Position numbers and translations under genes: made by a program. A DNA stretch of 64,000 nt from Octopus sinensis (taxonomy: Eukaryota). The DNA lies in assembly GCF_006345805.1 (NCBI RefSeq), contig NW_021832531.1, positions 1-64,000 of the forward strand, in the 5' to 3' direction. The notes beneath the pieces were generated by a model that was not told the DNA's origin, ran no database searches, and was given only the letters and a program-made list of their open reading frames with translations. Shown piece after piece: positions 25,503-36,754 of the stretch. Every line of letters starts with the position of its first letter. Position 1 is the stretch's first letter.

Positions 25503-25803
25503 TTCTCCCCTGAGAATAACGAGGAATAATACATCCTTTACTTTGGAATTTTGGCATGCTTCCCACGTAATTATCAATGAAGACTAAAATAAGAAGGGAG
25601 AACTACTATTTTGCAACGATCGTAGTCTTTTCAGTTATTTAATAAAATTAATTGTTATAACTGGTAGGTGAAACAGTTTTTTAGCTCATTGGACTTGGAA
25701 TCGCTCAGAAATGTTTATGATTGTCATGTTTTCCAAATGGACTTAGAGAATAAATCGATTGGGAAAATTTTAAATTTACGATAAAATCAAAGTGGCAAAT
25801 AAA

Positions 25804-27950
25804 CTAAATAAGGAACCGCTTGTCTACCAACGTCTTTCGCACGAGATTTTGACTTCCGATAGCTCCAAAAACTTTGACAAATCCCTTAATTTAAATTTCC
25901 ACACCAACCTCTGAGACGACGAAGCTACATAATATGGAGACTACATAGCCGAACCCGAAAAAGACCAGCAGAGCAGCAAGCAGTGTTTCAAATGTCAATA
26001 AGTGAATATTATTGCCATAGATAATCGACTCGGTAAACTTGAGTCTCGGATCTGTCTAATTGTACTGGTCTCAAAACCTTGATAGAATGTAGAAACTGCA
26101 GGATGTTCGTTAATTTCATAATCAAAGACGATTTCTGACAGAGTCTTGGTTTGTATTATGTAATCAGCTCCTCGGAGAGCCTGGAATATTAAACAAGTGT
26201 ACATGAGTTATGAAGTCGATGAAAAGATGGCAAAGTTGATCCCCGAGTTTATAATTCTGAAAGGAATCGTCGATTTTTAACGAGTTCTGATCATCAAGAA
26301 TTGTAAAACCTGCTTTTCCAAAATCGCGTCTATTTTTTCTCGCATTTTCCCATTGATGACAAATTCGAATGTTTGGAGATCGTTATTGGTCACCAGCCCT
26401 CTTCTCGACACCAGATCTTTCTGGAAATGAATTTCCATCAACGTTTACTTGTTCGTCCAAAAACTGTTGACACAGCCCCTGCATGTCCGTATCTGAATTC
26501 CCGTGAACTGACTTTCCATGAATATAATATCCGTAATTGTTATTCCGCAAAATTAGAAGACTGACGTTACAAACAGAGCACAAGTCGGTGTAGGAGAGGA
26601 TAGGGTGACTAAAGAACCTCTCCGCAACAATAAAGTTGAAAATAATTTGAAAAATACCTATAATGCGTCAAGGAAGCAGACCAAATGAGCCATAAATAAG
26701 TGAAATGACGGCCATAGAAAGGACTGTGTCAGGATTGGACATTCTCAGATGAGCACAACTAAAATTCAAGTTGTACTGTGTGCGAAATGGATTCAAATTG
26801 TTATCCAAGCATATGAATTGGAATATTAAAATGGACTAATAATCGTTTATAAGGAATGCACACAATAATCACTCGAAGTGTGATGTTTGTTCGACGGGTG
26901 GACACCAGTTCATTCCACTCGTTAATGAGAAAATTTTTTCTCCATGCGGGAACAGGGGAGTTTTTCCGAGGCTTTTCCCAATCTAAAAAGATGGCGTGCA
27001 CTTCCGTTTGTGCGTATAACATGTACAGCATTTTGATACAACTTCCACCAAACGAGATAAATAAAAATAGGCGTATTTCACTGTCAAAGAGAATCGGGTT
27101 ATACTACAAAAATATATTACATTCTACGTGGTTTATCCAAATGAAAAGTACAACTCCGAAAAGAAGAATACAAGTCAAATTTCCCAAAACAGAACAGCAG
27201 AACACAATCCACGTAAAAATAGTACTCATATCGATTACGTTTTTTCCACACCGTTTCTGGTGATTCCAAATACGGATAAATGATAAAGCGCAGGATAAAA
27301 CGAGTATGGCGTAAAAGAAAATATTTATGTCCTCCAACTGATTACTAAAATGTAATATTCCAGTCATTTTAACCCCGTCAGTGCATTGTATGGTACAACA
27401 CTCATTGTGATAAATTTACTTGGTAACAAATTAACTACACTTTATTAATATTGTTTAATTAAATAAAAATGGGAATAGTTTTAGAATGCTGTAGAGATTG
27501 TCGACAATCAAAGGGAATTGATTCAACTATTAGGTTTTGGTTAAGAGAAAATTGAAATAAATTCGGTCCATTACGTTTTTTAAACAGATGACGTTGAATT
27601 AGGTCACCTGATCACAGTTTATATACATTAGAATTTGATGAGGTCCAATTGACTAGTCCGGGCTTGCACTGCGTCATATAATTTTTCAGTGTAATATCTT
27701 TAGTTTTCTTGTATAATGCTTGTATATTTATAGTCCTTATTTTTAGAGAAAGACTGCGATTGTTAAGTTATAGAAAAGGTGTGATGATCTTTTTTAAACT
27801 GCGTCGATGAAAGAGAAAATTTATAAAATTCTCAACGGGGTTTATTTCCATATTAACGGCTCTAAATCGAAGTAATATACATCCTTCTAAAAATTGAAAA
27901 TTGTCATTTCCCAAATGGTTTAAGACAGATTTTTGCATGCCTATAAATTT
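25804..27950 (-). CDS. TMEM67: Meckelin, at least the transmembrane/C-terminal half
   Basis: C-terminus GSQNLVRKTLVDKRFLI* matches TMEM67; IFLDWEKPR...VPAWRKNFLINEWNEL motif. The 5' end is unresolved. Confidence 0.88.
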
Positions 27951-28059
27951 GTCATTAAGCGTGTAATTTTACAACTCACAAACTACATCGGATTTTCTAG
28001 TCATATTTCAGATAATCAACTGAAAGCTAAAAGCACTGCAAACATACTTCAAGTGAACA

Positions 28060-28260
28060 AAAATAAAAACTGAACATGCTGAACATGGAGCTTTGTATGT
28101 TAACATACTAACGAATAATCTTATCTCATTTCTGAACAAAATCGAAATTAAAGATTACCAACAAGACAATGATCCGAAACATACTTCGGCAATAGCAAGG
28201 AGCTTTTTTAAAAGTGATGGAAGAAAAATGCTGTTTGTCTTAAGAGAAAATCAGATAAGT
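28060..28260 (+). mobile_element. Tc1/mariner transposase remnant
   Basis: YVNILTNNL...YQQDNDPKHTS, the second catalytic Asp motif of Tc1. Confidence 0.75.
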
Positions 28261-28709
28261 CTAATTTGAGCTATTTGAAAAATAAAAAATGTCGATTAAG
28301 TGTTGTTAACTCGTTCTCAAGTTACACTTTTCGATTTATTCGTGATTTAAGTAGTACGTTGTTTACATTATCAATATTTTTCTTTGCACAAATAACTGAA
28401 TTAAATGAACACTGTCAAATAATTCATTTTAGACTGAATATAAAAATATACTTTGTTTAACAAAACCTTAAAAACGCTATTGTTTACAATGTTTTAAGTT
28501 TTGGTTTTTATCTATAAACCCTACCTAGACAGAGATTTGAGGCAATCCAGATGTCCTTAGTGTTCACAAAAATGAATATTCACTAAAATAACTCTGAAAG
28601 TAGAAAATACTTGACAAAATCAAAAAAATTAAAAGAAACAGGAAGAAACAGGAATTATTCGGAAGCCAAATGTGAGAAATACGAGGCAAACAATTTGGCC
28701 TATTTCATA

Positions 28710-30359
28710 TTATTTAGCAACTACCCCGTTAATGTAATTGTTTAAATCAATTTTCTCATTCTGGGAGTGGGCGCCATCATCTCCTCTCCCACAGGGGAGC
28801 AGAACAACGCTTGTTTTAGTTGCTTTCTCAATGTCAATTGTAATGGGGATGCTCCCTCCTTCCCTCGTGAAGTCAGGCTCAACTCCGTACACTAAAAAGA
28901 ATGGCAAGTACACAACCATCCATCGTCGCCTTTCGCGCAGAATCAAAGTTTTTGTCGCCGATTTCACCGAGCCAATAACTCCCGTCACTGATGACAAAGC
29001 AGCTGAGCTTAACGATGAGAATATTGCACCTGATTTCTGTAGACGAGTTTAGTCGTGAATGCATGTCCGCACAATATTGTTGGACGTTCGCTATAATAGT
29101 CTCGTGATTCATATTAGGGACAGTTCTTATGGAAAATCTTCCAGTGACACACGCGGGGATGACTGTCTTCGAACCTGAGTCGGAGAAAGCTCCCTCAATT
29201 CCTGTGCATGAAGGAAATAAATAAACCATGAATGGACAGAGAGGGATATCTCCATCGTTGCATCAAAGTTCGTTTCTTGTCATACAGCGTTCTAGAACAG
29301 CCTATTTGTTCCGCATACTCGTCCTATTGTAACATATGATAGTAAACGACCAAGTCAAAGTCGATCAAGTCATAAAGTGCCGACTCCTCTTTGGTCAGTG
29401 GGTCGACTTGGTCGTAAATGGAGGGGATATTGATGGTTCCATCCGAGGACACGAGGGAGGACAGGACGTGTATGAGATCAATGAGGGCTTCATTGCTGGT
29501 TATGAGGAAAGAGTGGACTATACATCGTCCCTCCGAAGACACCCGAATGTAGATCCTTTCGGGCACATCGGACGGTGAGACCGAAGTATAAGAGTCCTCT
29601 AAATCACCGATTATGTTTGCTTAATGCCTTAATCCGTAGGTAATGCAAGGTTTCTTCGTCCCCAGCCAATAATTGTCGGATATACAGGCAAAGTCCACAT
29701 TGCTAAAGAAATCGGCCGTCCTCATCTCAATGACTTGTGCCAGCCCTTCGGAGTCACTCTCCTCCATCGCTTCGAGACAGAACTGGCTGATGGAAATACA
29801 TCTCACCTTCAAATTCAGGGGCACTTGTTGTCCCGTGTTCTGGAAGGCCTCGATCGCATTAATCCACGACAACACTGGTCCCTCCCTGTAAATCAGTCAT
29901 CCTCACTTTGTCGTCGGAAGACCCTCTCCCGTATAAAACATCCTTTATTCTCGTCAGAACGAATGGGTCGGTACTCCACCCGTCTTCCTGCCAATCAACG
30001 TCCAATTTTACTATTCTGGCGGGCTGGACGTCCAAGTGGCCGTAGATCAGCAGAGTTCTGGCCTGCGGATTCGGGCATCCAAGTTCTGCCAAAATGATGG
30101 GAGGAAATGGAGCTGTCCGCCCATCGTCGAACGTTTGGGTTTCATTGGTCGATTCTATTGTGACTTGAGCTCCAATATTTCTCAACATCTTTGAGGAGTT
30201 AATTTGCAGTTAATGCCTGGGCTACAATATCGACCATCCTAAAGACTTCGGGCCTTTGATCACAAAATGCTGACACGCTTCTAACAGCTACGGCATCAGA
30301 TAGTCGTTGCACAAATTTTTCTTGATTTTCGTCAATGTAGCTAAATGTTTATTCAGCAT
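28710..30359 (-). CDS. CNDP2: Cytosolic non-specific dipeptidase (M20A)
   Basis: [65 protein letters not shown] and [10 protein letters not shown] motifs; one apparent 1-nt frameshift near the start. Confidence 0.95.
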
Positions 30360-31910
30360 TTAAAACTTATTAATTCTTTCAAGATTAACCATGTTTATGA
30401 TTCAACACTACAATCTATTCTATTCCATTTTTGGGGTAAACAGTTTAAATATATTTACAAAAAATTAAATTATTATTTGTTAAACAAAAACTCCAACTCC
30501 AAGAACTAATATAAATACAATATCCAATCTAATGGAATCACAACTATAAACCATTCTACGACATTATACTCATATATGATGAAAAGATACTCAAATAATT
30601 TTTTAATCACCATGGAACTTTTTCTGTCTTTTTAGCTCGTGGGACTCCTTTTCGCTATGAATAAACGCAGTTCTTAATTCTTGTAGTCGCATGTTTAAAA
30701 AAACGTAATTATGGTTTATCTACATCAGAGGAACCTGTCAAGGATACAGACGCTGTATTCCGGCCCATGAATATGGCGGAAAGAGGCGGATAGATAACAA
30801 AGAGAAGAATACTGGAACCAAAATTATCATGAATAGATTTTTTTCCACTTCAATGAATTTACTAATTAGATTTAAATAATGATTGTTATAAGTTATTTAG
30901 TTAAGATTAAAACAAGCCAGTGTTTATGTTTTTTGGACGTTCAATTGAAACTGATTTCTTCGGCAAGAAAATTCGTCTTCACAGTTTCTAGTTAATCAAA
31001 AGATTGTTTTCACAATAAACATTTAATAAAATAACGTTTGACAAAAAGTTAGAATTGCACATTCTAAAAATTCTTTAAAGTTTCTAGAAATTATAAAATC
31101 TCCAGACTTTTTGAAAATACAAATTCCAGAAAACAGCAATTCTTTACTTACTCTGAATCAAATTCAACATCAGTGCAGCTAAGATTGTTTTCCATAAGCT
31201 GTCTCTATTAAAACAAAAAATTTATTTATTTAACCCCATTCTCCCCTGAAACTGTGAGGAATGCGGCACGAAGAAAACCGACAGACCTCTTAGGATCACA
31301 CCATAAGTTAAGAAGGGAGTTAATTTTATAAGATCTTCTTATGGTGGTGAGATTTTTTAGAGCGTGCACGGTAGCGGAGCGTCGCGTTTCTTGTGGTGTT
31401 CATTTCTTTCTTGAAACCTAACCAAATATAAGAGCTATTCATCTGGTCAACATGGGCGCTCTAATGAAGTCACCTGATCTGTATCTACAGAAGAATTGTC
31501 GCACAATAGTCCTCCGGGGTAACACTCCCAAACGGCCACGGCAAGAAAGCTGACAGATCCAAAAGGATCACACGATTTCCAGTCCAAAGCATTGGAATAA
31601 GATAAAACAAAGTATTTTTGATATATGCGAAATGTTTTTGATTCTTAATATATTCTAACAATACAATAAATAAAGATTATCAAAACATTGTAGTCTAATT
31701 CCATAAGAGGGCTGTCAAGTGATTCAATCAATTTTGTCTAGCAAAATAACGTGCGGCATTATTATTTACGTATCGTCGATTAGGATTTATTTATGAATTA
31801 TCTCGAATTTCTTTAATGGTTCAACCTCCATCAGTTTTTTTAATTGTTTAATTCATTTTATTTAGCATCTGGAAAAACTTTTAAGGGAAAATGCAAATAC
31901 GAGGCCAGAT

Positions 31911-32185
31911 ATGAATTGGGACAGCAACTCCCCTCTTGTAATAATTTTTTTAACTTTTTAAAAATTTTCCTGAAATGAACTGGCACAACAACTCTCTTCC
32001 TGTAATAAATTTTTTTTAACTTTTTAAAAATTTTCCTGGAAGGAGAACGAACATCGATATATATGACATCCCAATAGGAGACTCAAAATGAACTGGCACA
32101 GCAACTCTCCTCCTGTAATAAATTTTTTTTAACTTTTTGAGATTTCCCCTGTAAGAAAAACGAACATGGATGACATATCCAATAC
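31911..32185 (+). repeat. Three diverged copies of a ~65-bp module
   Basis: tgaactggcacagcaactctcctcctgtaataaattttttaactttttaaaaattttcctg occurs three times; copies 2 and 3 share a further ~40-bp tail. Confidence 0.85.
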
Positions 32186-32403
32186 TTAATTCAATTTGCG
32201 TGCAGATGCAGATTTTAATGATTCCTCAACATCTAAATTGATTTCAGTGTATTTTATTTTTTAATTTACTTCTCTGGGTTTTAACTTATATTTTTTGAAT
32301 AAAAACTGTAGTAGAAATTAGCTTTAAGCATCATTTAAAAATGGTTTAATAAAAATATTGGCTGTCGTTTATCTTCTTGTAATTTTATAGATAATATTTA
32401 GGC

Positions 32404-33903
32404 CAGCGGTTCTCACCGTGGTCCCCAGAAAATTTTTAGTGGTCCCAGGAATTTTCGAAAAATAAAAATATTTAAAGTTAAAACTAATTGTACATTAAGT
32501 ATAATCAAAAACATGAAATTAATCAAGCGGTTCTCAATCGTGGTCCCCAGAAAATTTTTTATGGTCCCCAGGAATTTTCGAAAAATAAAAATTATTAAAG
32601 GTTCAAAACTAATTGTACAATTAAGTATAAATCAAAAACAGTTGAAATTAATCAAGCGTTCTCAATCGTGGTCCCCAGAAAATTTTTAGTGGTCCCCGGA
32701 ATTTTCGAAAAATAAACATATTAAAGTTAAAACAATTGTACAATTAAGTATAATAAAAACATTGCCATTAATCAAGCGGTCTACATCGTGGTCCCCAGAA
32801 AATTTTTAGTGGTCCCAGGAATTTTCGAAAAATAAAAATATATTAAAGTTAAAACTAATTGTACAATTAAGTATAAATCAAAAACATTGAAATTAATCAA
32901 GCGGTTCTCAATCGTGTCCCCAGAAAATTTTTAGTGGTCCCCAGGAATTTTCGAAAAATAAAAATATATTAAAGTTAAAACTAATTGTACAATTAAGTAA
33001 ATCAAAAACAGGAAAATTATTTCAAGCGGTCTAAATCGTGGTCCCCCACAAGAAAATTTTTAGTGGTCCCAGAGATTATTTTCGAAAAATAAAAATATAT
33101 TTAAGTTAAAACAACTAATTGTACAATTAAGTATAAATCAAAAACATTGAAATAATCAAGCGGTTCTCAATCGTGGTCCCCAGAAAATTTTTAGTGGTCC
33201 CCAGGAATTTTCGAAAAATAAAAATATATTAAAGTTAAAAATAATTGTACAATTAAGTAAATCAAAAACATTGAAATTAATCAGCGGTTCTCAATCGTGG
33301 TCCCCAGAAAATTTTTAGTGGTCCCCAGAATTTTCGAAAAATAAAAATATATAAATTAAAACTAATTGTACAATTAAGTATAAATCAAAAACATTGAAAT
33401 TAATCAAGCGGTTCTCAATCGTGGTCCCCAGAAAATTTTTAGTGGTCCCCAGGAATTTTCGAAAAATAAAAATAATTAAAGTAAAAACTAATTGTACAAT
33501 TAAGTATAAAAATCAAAAACAGTAAATAATCAAGCGGTTCTCAACGTGGTCCCCAGAAAATTTTAGTGGTCCAGGAATTTTCGAAAAATAAAAATATTTA
33601 AAGTTAAAACTAATTGTACAATTAAGTATAAACATAAAAACATTGAAATTACAAGCGGTTCTCAATCGTGGTCCCCAGAAAATTTTTAGTGGTCCCAGGA
33701 ATTTTCGAAAAATAAAAATATATTAAAGTTAAAACTAATTGTACAATTAAGTATAAATCAAAAACATTGAAATTAATCAAGCGGTTCTCAATCGTGGTCC
33801 CCAGAAAATTTTTAGTGGTCCCCAGGAATTTTCGAAAATAACAATATATTAAATTTAAAACTAATTGACAATTAAGTATAAATCAAAAACATTGAAATTA
33901 ATC
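32404..33903 (+). repeat. Tandem array of 12 units of about 127 bp
   Basis: Unit aagcggttctcaatcgtggtccccagaaaatttttagtggtccccagg...gaaattaatc; units differ mainly by short indels. Confidence 0.95.
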
Positions 33904-34606
33904 TGATTTGATTAGCGTGGTTTATCATTCTTGTTATGGTTAACAAGAATCGTCGTCTTTGGTCGGATTCTTACGTACAATTTGGATTCACTAAATCATT
34001 GCCCCAAATAATGAAATAAAGGCAAAATGCATGATTTGCCATAAAATTTTGGGAAACAATTCACTGAAACCTTCTCAACTTAGGCGCCACAAAGAGTCTG
34101 TACACCCAAAATTCTTCCTCACATGAATATTTTAAAGTCAAAAGAACGAAGTTTGATTCACAGCCAAAGCTTGAGTGGTTTAATAGGTGTCAGATGGCGA
34201 AAGAATTCCCCATTTTGAGTAAAACTGCATTGGAATCAATACTTGCATTCCACTACTTATCACTGTGAAATGGCGATGTCGTGTCTGACTTTTCTAAAAA
34301 CAAAATATAGAAATAGACTACGGGTACAAGATGATATGCGAGTAGCTTTGTCGACTAGAGCCTGATATAAGTAAAATTATTCTGAGCAAACAAGATCAGA
34401 AATCTCACTAATTACTATTAAATTTTCTGTTATTTTCATAATGTTCATGTTATTTTTATAATAAATATTCGAACATGTCTAAACCTGCCCTGACGAGGCC
34501 AAAAATTGTGCGCTAATACAAAAAATGTTTATTTTATTTAAGGTGGTCCCCACAAAATTTTATAGTGCAAAAGTGGTCCCCAGTCTAAAAAAGTTGAGAA
34601 CCGCTG
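32404..34606 (+). mobile_element. Non-autonomous Buster-type hAT element with tandemly amplified left end
   Basis: Left end cagcggttctca, right TIR gttgagaaccgctg; TSD atttaggc (32396-32403, 34607-34614); BED remnant (SDSYVQFGF, KCMICHKILG...LRRH) and dimerisation remnant (KTKYRNRL). Confidence 0.93.
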
Positions 34607-35334
34607 ATTTAGGCATTCATTTAATTTTATAAATTATTTTTTAATGAAATAATCTAAAAGCATGGCAAAAGTGAAATCTTAATTAGCATTTTGATTTCGC
34701 GAGATTGTATTCATAATAAATATTCTCACTCTTGATTTATAATTCCCACGAATAGACTAGATCTCTCCAAACGAGAATTCTCCAAAGTTGTCCAAAGCCT
34801 ATATGGACGTTTCTGTGCCAAATTGTCTTTAGAAATCTTTGCAAAATTTTGAAACAAATCCGTTCCAATCAATGCCATTGACTATGGAATAGTTTGAAAT
34901 TTTTGAAAAAAGACAATAACGTTCTTTTTAATATATTTTTTTCAATTTGGTTAATCACCTTCGACCTTTTTCTGTCTCTTTAGCTGGTGGGACTCCTTTT
35001 GGCTGTGAAAAACCCAGCTCTTAATTCTTGCAGTCGCATGTTTGAAAATAAGTAATCATGGTTTATCAACAATTTGATCGTAGGCTGGGAAGTGCACACA
35101 AACAATAACTCACTGCCCACGATCTAAACTAGAAATCCAAATTCCTCCCAGTTGACATTAACGCTACAGATCATTATAAACAGATCAGGCATGGAATCCT
35201 TCGTCGATATATTTCATAATGAAAATATATATCATCCCTATCTTTATACACCCCAACTCATCCGACACGAATACACAGGCAATCACAATTCGGCTAATGC
35301 AAAAATTATGTCAAATCACAATAAACAAGCTTAT

Positions 35335-36428
35335 TTATTTGAAAATATCATCAACTGGATCACTAATATATGCCGGACCGTGACATTTGGGGGTTTGTTT
35401 ACTGGCCAGTCTCTCCTTAACCCTCATCTCAGCCTGCTTGCGGAGAATTCTCCGATGCTAAATATTACACCACTCCTCACTTCGTTGGGGGACACATATT
35501 CGTGGTTGCTGTACAACACACTCCCTCCAAAACTACCCGCCAATATTTTTATCGGATTCAGGGCAAAACGGGGACCTGCAAGTAAAATATTAGAAATGAC
35601 CAATTTCGGCCAACTGGAGCGTCTTTTCGTCCACGATTTGGTAATTTCTGAACCAAATCCGATTATCGTCGAACACAAACGAGAAAATGTGGTCGAAGAA
35701 AGGCTGACTCCTGGGGTGATATGCGGGAGTGGAGAACGTCTACAATGGAGAGAGGAATCCAACCTGAGTCAATAACTCCCTCAATACCCGCAAATGAGGC
35801 TGGGATGAAAAGTGTTGATCAAACATGAGGAGAGGACGACTTGTTTTGAGGCAGTTCCCAGTCATCTTCAGTTCGGACATGGAGTGATCTATCATTAATC
35901 AACACACACCACAATTCTCGACGAGCATGTAAGCAGTCGGTCCCTCTGCCACTCTGGACAGCCTGCAATGGGCAATGTGAGAATAAACCACATGTACAGA
36001 TCTTTCTTCTTCCGGGCTTCAAAATAAATGCAGTGAGTGGCATTCTTCAGCGAACAAATGTCCACGATTGTTGAGAGTTTCTCGTTTTTGTCGAATTTGG
36101 AGTCTGCAATGACTAATCAGACTACCCGACTTGGAGTGAGCCATCAAAGACCTCAGATTGACCATCAGATGTTTGGCACGACATGATATTCCACGAGACC
36201 CAAAAACGAGCACTCTTTGTCTGTTTGTCCATCGAGGCTTCCTGCCTGCGGGCTCGGTCGAAGGTCGCACTGAGGGAATTTGAATCGTGTTTTCGGGTTC
36301 TGCAACGGCTGTTTTCTTTTTTGGAGTCTTAGTTTTGAGTTTTTGTATAATATTCTCATTTATCTAAGTTTAATGTTTTATTTTTTTATTTAAACAATTT
36401 TATTTTGTTGTAATTTCTTTTTCGCCAT
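35335..36428 (-). CDS. BRIX1: Ribosome biogenesis protein BRX1
   Basis: Spliced product RWTNRQRVLVFGSRGI...HLMVNLRSLMAHSK...YFEARKKKDLYMW...ELKMTGNCLK...HPRSQPFFDH...RIWFRNYQI...EIGPRF. Confidence 0.95.
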
Positions 36429-36754
36429 TTTCAATTAACGTACTTTAATAAACCAACAAACTCACAAAGTCACGTGATTAAATAGACAATGTATTTTATT
36501 CCATTAATATATAGTAAACATTTTAATATATTTATTATAAAATTATTTTATAAGAATCTTTTTTTAGAAAGATCTTTTTTAAGAAAGATAGAATCAGCAA
36601 CTTCTATACAGTCTCTATCATTTTTATATCTTTTTTTTAAAATAATAACAATAAATTATATTTTGTTAATACTTTCAACTAACTTATATTGTAATATAAA
36701 ACAACAATATTATTGTCTTTGTGGTCCTTAATACTATTTAGCCACCCCAACCTG

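Larger units (their letters stand above)
30603..35067 (-). repeat. Diverged pair of ~118-bp segments (30603-30720 and 34951-35067), probably paralogous small coding exons
   Basis: The minus strand reads INHNYVFLNMRLQELRTAFIHSEKESHELKRQKK versus INHDYLFSNMRLQELRAGF-HSQKESHQLKRQKK. Confidence 0.7.

Noticed and set aside
25503-25577. Start Met of the 762-aa ORF as the true retrotransposon start
   Set aside because: It lies outside the TSD-defined element, which is 5'-truncated within the endonuclease domain.
30340-30359. CNDP2 (and MRPL39) start-region frameshifts as programmed frameshifting or pseudogenisation
   Set aside because: These are single-base shifts at A/T homopolymers in otherwise intact housekeeping genes; polishing errors are more likely.
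32404-33903. CRISPR-like array
   Set aside because: There are no unique spacers: whole units repeat, and the unit is a hAT terminus in a eukaryotic genome.
35152-35775. 207-aa plus-strand ORF as a novel gene
   Set aside because: It mostly overlaps BRIX1 exons on the opposite strand and has no recognisable motif; treated as an antisense shadow.
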